A DNA stretch of 64,000 nucleotides, taken from contig OX597827.1 in NCBI GenBank assembly GCA_951406725.2, forward strand, positions 10,726,001 to 10,790,000, written 5' to 3'. A program made the translations under genes and the position numbers. Within the stretch, counting starts at the first letter, position 1. The number at the start of each line of letters is the position of its first letter. Source of the stretch: Octopus vulgaris (taxonomy: Eukaryota). Positions 54,049-64,000 of the stretch are shown in pieces. The notes below the pieces were generated by a model that worked only from the letters and a program-made list of their open reading frames with translations, had not been told where the DNA came from and ran no database searches.

Positions 54049-54336
54049 TCATCATCATCATCATCATCATCATCCTCATCGTTTAACGTCCGTTTTCCGC
54101 GCTAGCACGGGTTGGACGGTTCGACCGAGGTCTGGGAAGCCAGAAGGCTGCACCAGGCTCCAGTCTGATCTGGCAGAGTTTCTACAGCTGGATGCCCTTC
54201 CTAACGCCAACCACTCCGTGAGTGTAGTGGGTGCTTTTTACGTGCCACCTGCACAGGTGCCAGGGGGTCCGGCATTGGCCACGATCGGTTGGAGCTTTTA
54301 ACGTGCCACCGGCATGGAAGCCAGCCAAGGCGGCGC
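54049..54336 (-). mobile_element. Repeat family D
   Basis: Matches 12082-12303. Confidence 0.75.
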
Positions 54337-54619
54337 TCAATGAAATCAACCATGGAGTTGGCTTCATCTGAGCCCAAACATGCTATTCATAGAGGCTCTG
54401 CTATCCTCCTTCTGAACCTCACCAGAGAGGCACACTTGTGCCACTGCAACCGTCCTCTGATTGGCTGAGTTCATCCTGACACTTAAATACTCTTCTTTCT
54501 CTGGTGAGCTTCATAAGTAGGTCAGCAGCAATGCTCAGGTGCAGGGATGGATCTAATTTGTGCTGGACACTTTGTAGGCCACATTGTTCTGAAGCAGAGC
54601 GGTAGCAGTATTGATGAAC

Positions 54620-54808
54620 CTTAGGGTTCGCCAGTACAGTCCAGGGGTTCCGCAAGAAGTTACAACACTGCTAAAATCAGCCGTAATTTTTAATTCTCCT
54701 GTGCAGATATGTGTGCATAAAACTATTACATTATTGCACAGGGGTTCCTCGAGTCAGTGGAATGTTTCCTTGGGGTTCCGCTCCAGCAAAAAGGTTGAAA
54801 AGCACTGT
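54620..54808. mobile_element. hAT-like MITE end
   Basis: Repeated GGGGTTCC subterminal motifs and terminus AAAGGTTGAAAAGCACTG; the partner end was not found. Confidence 0.5.
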
Positions 54809-55140
54809 TATATGGTGTGTCTAAAAAAAGACGTGGTATGGATATGTAAGGCAAATGGAAAATAGAGTTGGTTAAAAGGGTCAAGAGATACAATAGGATG
54901 AGACTTTGAGAAGACCAATGAAGACAGAGGAAGAAATAATGATATGGGACCTCAGGATATCAATCCACACGAAGGAGAAAATAGAAGACTGCAAAAAAGT
55001 GGCAAGGTACTGCACAAGAGAAAAACAGTTTTAACCCATATATGCATAGAAAAAAGAAACAGATATATATGATGATGTTGATAACCATGATGTTAATATA
55101 TGTGTATATGTTTATTTCTGTGTACGTATGTGTATGTATA

Positions 55141-55375
55141 TATTTCTTTATTGCCCACAAGGAGCTAAACACAGAGAGGACAAACAAAGACAGACAAAGG
55201 GATTAAGTCTACTACATCGACCCCAGTGCGTAACTGGTACTTTATTTAATCGACCCCAAAAGGATGAAAGGCAAAGTCGACCTCGGGGGAATTTGAACTT
55301 GGAACGTATCGACAGACGAAATACAGTTACGCATTTTGCCCGACGTGCTAACTTTTCTGCCAGCTCGCCGCCTTA
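55141..55375 (-). mobile_element. SINE family B
   Basis: Matches the consensus. Confidence 0.85.
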
Positions 55376-55747
55376 ACGTATGTGTATGTATATGTGTGTG
55401 TGTGAGTATAAAGTATATACACATTCCACAACATATATAATACTTCGGTGCTTTTAGTAGATCATCTTTAAGTCTTGACTTTAGAATATTAACTATTTAC
55501 ATAATACACATAATACAAAAATATATATAATCACAGTATTACCATCTTACTGTGTATATTTTCCCTTTAGAGTTACTGCTTTAATCATTATAGGTATCCA
55601 ATATACACACATTAACCTAGATATATAAATATATATTACATATGTGTGTATGTGTGTGTATAATATATATGTAATGTATGTATATATATATATATATATA
55701 ATATATATATATACATATAATTATGTATGTACATATGCATGTATGTA

Positions 55748-55828
<81 letters not shown>

Positions 55829-55876
55829 ATAAATATTCTGTGTATATACATATATGCATACATATATATATAGCTT

Positions 55877-56219
55877 ATTCTTTTACTTGTTACAATTGTT
55901 AGACTGTGGCCCTGCTGGGGCACCATCTAGAGGAATTTCAGTTGAATGGAGATACCCCAGTACTTAGTTTATTTTAAGCCATATATTTAACAAACTGGTA
56001 AGTTACAGGGATGTAAACACACCATCATTGGTCGGCAAACAGTGGTGGCGAACAAACACACACACATTGATTTATTTATATACATACATACATATGAGTA
56101 TGTGTTCATGCATGTGTGTATAAATATGTGTATGAATGCCTATATGCATATATATATGCATGGTTGTGCATATGTGAGAGTGCATATGTGATGAGCAAGG
56201 AACAGAGAAAGAGGGCAGT

Positions 56220-56265
<46 letters not shown>

Positions 56266-56420
56266 ACATACACACAAACACACACATACACACAAACACA
56301 TGCACAACAAGCTTCTTTTAGTGTCTGCCAAATCCATTCACAAGACTTTGGTTGGCCCAAGTCTATAGCAGAAGATAGCTGCTCAATGTGCCATGCAGTA
56401 GGACTGAACCGAAATGGTTA
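55877..56420 (-). mobile_element. Diverged SINE family A pieces separated by microsatellite
   Basis: Tail at 55877-56070 and core at 56300-56420. Confidence 0.6.
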
Positions 56421-56659
56421 TTCATATAAGAACCCAATTAGGTTTGATGTTGCCTTTGGTGAACAGCCGAGAACTGATGCATGCGGCATGATATGGCCAT
56501 AAGCATATATATATAACAATAGATGGGCACATACAGACATGAATGTACATCAGAGGAAACTCATTCCTGCCTCTGCTTCAAGACTTCCACTAAAGAATAT
56601 TACAATCCATTCATATAAACACGAAATTATGAGTATAATTATGAATATAATTTACAGAT

Positions 56660-56824
56660 AGGCGCAGGAGTGGCTGTGTGGTAAGTAGCTTGCTAACCAA
56701 CCACATGGTTCCGGGTTCAGTCCCACTGCATGGCATTTTGGGCAAGTGTCTTCTGCTATAGCCCCTGGGCCGACCAAAGCCTTGTGAGTGGATTTGGTAG
56801 ACGGAAACTGAAAGAAGCCTGTCG

Positions 56825-56861
<37 letters not shown>

Positions 56862-57085
56862 ATGTGTATGTCTTTGTGTGTCTGTGTTTGTCCCTCTAGC
56901 ATTGCTTGACAACCAATGCTGGTGTGTTTACGTCCCCGTCACTTAGCGGTTCGGCAAAAGAGACGGATAGAATAAGTACTGGGCTTACAAAGAATAAGTC
57001 CCGGGGTCGATTTGCTCGACTAAAGGCGGTGCTCCAGTATGGCCACAGTCAAATGACTGAAACAAGTAAAAGAGTAAAAGAGAGT
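56660..57085 (+). mobile_element. SINE family A, full length
   Basis: Matches the consensus. Confidence 0.9.
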
Positions 57086-57501
57086 ATATGTTACTTTCAC
57101 ACATACATTAAATTTATACACACCTCAATTTGTTGTTTACACATACATATGTAAATCATAAACACAAATTATAAGATATACCTAGATTTATGTGTAGATG
57201 TTTATAGTATGTCTATATTCACAATGGCAGTAATAATATAAGTAAAAGAGTACATAATAATTATGGTAATACAATGTTTCTATATTTTGTATTACATAAC
57301 TGGTAATTATTTTCTAAGTAAAGACATGAAGACTATCCACTGAAGACAATGAAATGTTATGTGTGTGAGTATGAGCATGTGTGTTTGGGCGAGAGTGTGT
57401 GTTTGTGTGCATGTGTATGTGTTATGTTATAGAAAGTACATGTTTATACTTAATACACTCAAACATATACATACACATTGTACATATACATATACATATA
57501 T

Positions 57502-57737
57502 ATACTTTATAATTAGGGTTCACTAAAGATTTGCTTCACCACATACCGAAGTTTAGAAATAGCAGTCAAAAAACCTTAGCTATTTCTTCTACTTTAAAAG
57601 GGGCTCCCTTTCAAGTACTTTGGTTTTTCTGGGAGCCCCTTTTAAAGTAGAAGAAATAGCTAAGGTTTTTTGACTGCTATTTCTAAACTTCGGTATGTGG
57701 TGAAGCAAATCGTTAGTGAACCCTAATTATAAAGTAT
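57502..57737. repeat. Near-perfect 107-bp inverted repeat with a 22-nt spacer
   Basis: Arms 57502-57608 and 57631-57737, one mismatch seen; a diverged single arm lies at about 60920-61020. Confidence 0.9.
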
Positions 57738-57854
57738 TACTTAAGCCTACCATGAAATGGTCCTTTTCATGCCGAATTCTACTTGGTGAAATTACTGATT
57801 ACTTCTTAATTAATTAATTTCACCCTTTGTTATTGTACATATGTATATATATAT

Positions 57855-58062
57855 GTGTGTGTGTGTGTGTTTGTCCCCCCCACCAACATCACTTGACAAC
57901 CGATGCTGGTGTGTTTACGTCCCCGTAACTTAGCGGTTCGGCAAAAGAGACCGATAGAATAAGTACTAGGTTTACAAAGAATAAGTTCCGGGGTCGATTT
58001 GCTCGACTAAAGGCGGTGCTCCAGCATGGCCACAGTCACATGACTGAAACAAGTAAAAGAGT
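57855..58062 (+). mobile_element. SINE family A, 3' half
   Basis: Matches the consensus tail. Confidence 0.85.
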
Positions 58063-58360
58063 ATATGAGCACTTTGTCCTTTTTTGTGGTTTAAGCCCCA
58101 CCCTCTTCACTCACAAGGGGATGTAGACCCTTAGTTAGTTTTGCTCTACACATCCTGTATTGAGCAAACCCTAGACAAGGTCAAGACCTAATAATTGATA
58201 AGGAAATATCTTGAATGTATTTTGAGACCCTACAATACAGACAGGACGTGCATTTGAGTGTTTGCATGCATGTGTGTGTGTGTGTGTGTGTATATATATG
58301 TGTGTATATATATTTATGTATATATATATATGTATATATGTGTATATATATGTGTGTGCA

Positions 58361-58404
<44 letters not shown>

Positions 58405-59023
58405 CGTGATCACCGTGACCGACCAGGCTATCAGATGTTGTTATACATCGCTGGTCACAATGCACTTTGCATTGTTTTAGCCTTCAAATGATGCCACCCC
58501 GCTGGCTAAGCAAGCAGGCCAATATATATATATATATACACATATATATATAAATATATACATACATATACATATATTTATATATACATATATACACATA
58601 CATAGATTTATATGTGTGTGTGTGTGTGTGTGTATGGGTGGGTGGGTGTATGTGGAGGCCTGTGGTGTAGTGGTTAGGGTGTTGGGCTCATGAATGAAGG
58701 ATTGTGCTTTCAATGCTTGGACTGGGCAATGCATTGTGCACTTCATTTCACATTGCTCTGGTCCACTCAGCTGGCAAGAATGTGTAATTCTGCAAGAGAT
58801 CAGCATCCCATTCAGGGAGGTCAATATATAAACGCCCCCAGAAACTTGGAAAACAGTTCTATATGACTCAGGAAAGATGTTTTATCCTTTATTATTTTTA
58901 TGTGCGTGTATGTATGTGTGCGTGTGTGTGCGGGTATATTTATATGTGTGTGTGTGGCTGGATGAATGGTTATATATATATATATGCATACATATATATA
59001 TATCCCATGTGTGTAGCTATGAG

Positions 59024-59224
59024 TGTAGGGCTGTAAATGTCTTTACATGAGCGCCTAAGTATAGATATGCAAGAGGGAGTTTGTATCTGTATGAGTATGC
59101 AACTATAATGGTAGCAAAACTAAACTTCGCAACTAATTGAATAAATCTGCAATAAAAGCTTGGTTGCCACTGGCGCCTTTCACACTTGTGGGACATATGG
59201 TATTGGAAAGTCATGAACGCTACA
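59024..59224 (+). mobile_element. Possible short solo LTR
   Basis: TGTAGGG...CGCTACA termini and two AATAAA hexamers; no TSD seen. Confidence 0.3.
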
Positions 59225-59540
59225 AACTCCACTTTGGTTATTCCTTAAAATCAATAAAATTTTATCGCTTACGGGTTACTGGGTCTCAATAAGAAATGTC
59301 ACATCTATTCGTTGTATCATGCAATTGATTAAATATAAATATTTGTTCTTTCACAAAGATATTCCCATTTACTGAAGCCACTCCCCCCCACACACACACG
59401 CATATCTGCACGTGAATACTGAGACCCATAAATACACACACATGCACACACATACATGCACACATACACATGCACACACATTTTACACATACCACGAGCA
59501 CACATAAATCTACATATGTATATATATATATATATGAAAT

Positions 59541-59586
<46 letters not shown>

Positions 59587-59758
59587 TTATATATATACAT
59601 ATATACATATATATATATATATACATATATACACACATATATATATATTTGTAATTTAATTCATGAAATAGTAATATGTATTTTATTATTAATATTATTT
59701 TAGGCCTTAAGTCAATGAAAGAAGAATCATTTATGTATTTATTTATTTATCTATCTAT

Positions 59759-59789
<31 letters not shown>

Positions 59790-60277
59790 TTTGATACATT
59801 ATGATTTTGATGTTTAGTGTTTTGTATCAATATTTATTGCAATACAAATCATAATTCTTAAAATTATGAATGGCAGAGATACATAAAAAAAAACAAAACT
59901 GTAGAGCATTAAATGAAAATATCAATGAGAATATCACCATAGTATTCCAGTATCATTTTCTCAAATCCGTTTGCTGATAGTTTTATCTCTTGAGGAAGTA
60001 TGTACTGGCTGTAGTATACTAAGGACCATTATATAACACTGTTGTCTGTTATTATTGTGAACTTATACCAGTAGGGTTAACTAATACAATTCAAAGATAT
60101 TTCCACCACACAGCATTTAAAGAATATGAATATATGTATGTGTATGTGTGTGTGTGTGTGCATATACATATATAAACATAGATATATACGTACATATATA
60201 TCTGTCTATCTATCTATCTATACATATATATATAGATATATTCAAAAATATATACACATATATATACACACACACAT

Positions 60278-60332
<55 letters not shown>

Positions 60333-60437
60333 ATATTTCAGAAGGGTCATATTGCAGTTTGAATAAAATATTGACAACAAATATAAACGTATATATATAT
60401 ATACATATATATATACACATGCACATATATATATATA

Positions 60438-60498
<61 letters not shown>

Positions 60499-60520
60499 CA
60501 CACACATATACATATATATA

Positions 60521-60598
60521 TATAATGAAAATAAGCAACAAGGATATCCAGAGGTACTGCATTACCTCTGGATATCCTTGTGGCTTATTTTGATTGTA
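60521..60598. repeat. Hairpin: perfect 18-bp stem extending imperfectly to ~36 bp
   Basis: CAAGGATATCCAGAGGTA-ctgcat-TACCTCTGGATATCCTTG at 60539-60580. Confidence 0.85.
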
Positions 60599-61023
60599 AC
60601 CACCCCATTTTGAATTATATGGATAATACCATACCAAATTCTGGTACCTTTAACTTAAGTACCATATTCAACTAAACCTAAATTTTACTGTACATATATA
60701 TATATATATATGTATAGACAGAGAGAGAGATAAATAGATTGATATATAGATAGATACAGAGATAGATAGATATACATGTTATGCATATATATGTATGTAT
60801 ATATCTATATCTATATCTATCTATATATATATAAATGATCTTTGTACATGTGATATTTTACTGTTTTCCCTCCATATCTTCGTGAGTTATTTTTGAGTAA
60901 ACATTATCTGGGAGACTTTTTCTTAAAGAAGTAGAAATAGCTAAAAAACTTTTTGGCTGCTATTTCTAAAAATTTCAGTATGTGGCAAAGTAATTTATTT
61001 TACTAAGCCCTAATTATATAACG

Positions 61024-61203
<180 letters not shown>

Positions 61204-61512
61204 CACACACATACACACACACACACTTAATCTCAGTTCTTTATTTGATTTAGCAATCAAAGACATAGCCAATGTTTACAAATATAATGATGACAGATTT
61301 TGGTTTGCATATTTTTGAGTAAATATCTATATTGCTGTGTCGTTAAGAAACAAACCTGAAAATCACACTAAAAATATACCTATTTATGTGTGTGCTTGTG
61401 TACATGTATATATATATATATGTGTGTGGTAGAACAAAGAAGAGAAATATAACTCAAAATATATGTATGTGTGTTTATACATATACATACATATAACATA
61501 TATAATATATAT

Positions 61513-61912
61513 AGGCGCAGGAGTGGCTGTGTGGTAAGTAGCTTGCTAACCAACCACATGGTTCCGGGTTCAGTCCCACTGCGTGGAATCTTGGGCAAGT
61601 GTCTTCTGCTATAGCCCCAGGCCGATCAATGCCTTGTGAGTGGATTTGGTAGACGGAAACTGTAAGAAGCCTGTCGTATATATGTATATATATATATATA
61701 TTTATGTGTGTGTGTTTGTCCCCCTAGCATTGCTTGACAACCGATGCTGGTGTGTTTACGTCCTCGTTACTTAGCCGTTCGTCAAAAGAGACCGATAGAA
61801 TAAGTACTGGGCTGACAAAAGAATAAATCCCGGGGTCGAGTTGCTCGATTAAAGGCGGTGCTCCAGCATGGCCGCAGTCAAATGACTGAAACAAGTAAAA
61901 GAGTCAAGAGTA
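61513..61912 (+). mobile_element. SINE family A, full length
   Basis: Matches the consensus. Confidence 0.9.
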
Positions 61913-62342
61913 AATATATATAAATACACACACACACACACCTGCATGACTGCGGCTCATGAGCTGAAGCTAGTTTAAGGGTTAAAGTGTAAATATAATA
62001 TATATGTATATATATTTTTTTTGTATGTGGCAAGTAAGTATATTTATTGAATTATAAGTACAAATATATATATATACACATAATGTGTATATCCTTCACA
62101 GGTCTTTCCTTTTGTATAACTAATACATTATACATTCAGTCATCTCTATAAATATAGCTGTACATTTATGTATACACAATTATAGATATATTCCTGTATA
62201 CACAATTATGTCATTTTCTATTTCCATGTACTCATACACTACCTGCACATGCACACAAACCTGCACATAATACATACACACACACAACACACACACATAT
62301 ATACATACATATATGTATATACATATGTATATATATATGTGT

Positions 62343-62479
<137 letters not shown>

Positions 62480-62535
62480 TATATACATACATATATATAT
62501 ACATACATATATATATATATATACATATATATATG

Positions 62536-62579
<44 letters not shown>

Positions 62580-63914
62580 TATACATACATATATACATAC
62601 ATACATATATATGCATGTATGTATATGTGTGTGCATGGCAAGTTGGCAGATTTGTTAAAGCATCTGCCTCAGGGCAATTGTTATAATTCTGTGCAGCGTG
62701 AGTTCACATCCCATCAAGGTCAACTTTACCCCTTGTCACTTTGAGGTTGATGAAAATAAATCCCAAATCCGAGATGATGGATTCGCAGAATTAGTAGTAC
62801 AGTCAGATGAAATTCCTTCTGGTATATTGTGCCAGGAACACCTGTGATGTGACAGGTACCAAGCTTAATCAACTCCAGCTTTCCTTCTGGATACTACGTA
62901 CTCTGGGAATATGAGATTAAGTAGGCCCTCTATGAGACATACACACACATACACATATGTACATATATGCATATATAAATGCATGCTTATACACACCCAC
63001 ACATATATTCATATATTTAAATTCATATATCAATATGCATATGACATTCACATATATATATATATATGTGTGTGTGTGTATAAATATATATAAATATATA
63101 TATGTACGTGTGTACGTATGTATGTATGTATTTATGTATGTATGTATGTATGTATGTATGTATGTGGTGAGTGAGAGAGAGAAAGGTCAATTTTTCACAA
63201 TCTTGCTTCCTTTTCCAACTTTAATATTATTGTATTTGCCCCCAAATATACCTTTCCATTTGACGTCTGCTAAAAATCATTTGTGTGTATATGGATATAT
63301 ATGCATATTGTTTTGTATATGTATATGTGTATATGTATTTACATGCATGCGTGTGTTTGCATGTGTGTATGTATATATATATATGCACGCACATACATAA
63401 ATATATACATGTGTATATAAACATACATACATATATACACACATATATGTTACGTACATATACATAAATAAGACATCCACACACATATGTATATGTATAT
63501 GTCTGACTGCATCTGAGTATGTATTTGCATATATAGTTGTCTCTGTACATGTATATTTGGAAGTATGAGTTTCTATACACATCTATATGTATGAGTGTAC
63601 CGGTGTATTCTTTTCTTTGCATATTTATCTATAATATAAGACACAACTCATCCGATACCATCTTGAATGTCCAATGCATATAACCTAGGCAACCAGTATC
63701 CACTGCCCATTACTCTAAAAGCATCTGATTTTCAAATGATCCCTACTTTATATACCAAGAATAGGATCATAATGTCTTCTTGCATTATATAAAATATCTA
63801 TTGTTCTATACGAATGTATCGTAGATAACACCAATATAGAATTATCTGTTTGTAGACAAACAGCACACACATATGGAAGTAACTTTTGTGGGGGCCTTCT
63901 GTTTTACCTTGTTC

Positions 63915-63997
<83 letters not shown>

Positions 63998-64000
63998 ATA

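Overview
AT-rich, repeat-dense eukaryotic DNA, most likely from an octopus (coleoid cephalopod); this is inferred from the protocadherin motifs and the SINE/microsatellite landscape. One credible protein-coding gene is present, a minus-strand protocadherin. A 2.4-kb exon (CDS 23882-21495) encodes the signal peptide, six cadherin repeats, the TM helix and the proximal tail. It is followed by a phase-compatible 151-nt cytoplasmic exon (13962-13812) and one or two candidate terminal exons (9026-8956; 11251-11112). The rest is four high-copy SINE or SINE-like families (my labels A-D), R4/Dong- and RTE-type LINE fragments, a non-autonomous Helitron, TTAA-flanked and hAT-like MITEs, possible solo LTRs, foldbacks and long microsatellites, which explain almost all other ORFs in the track. 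The most unusual signal is a set of five minimal hammerhead-ribozyme motifs of the Penelope type. One has an intact core and lies on the sense strand in a protocadherin intron, two sit in the arms of a foldback, one is a decayed paralog of the first, and one forms the tail of a tRNA-headed SINE-like element. Repeat boundaries were read by eye and are approximate; no database searches were run.
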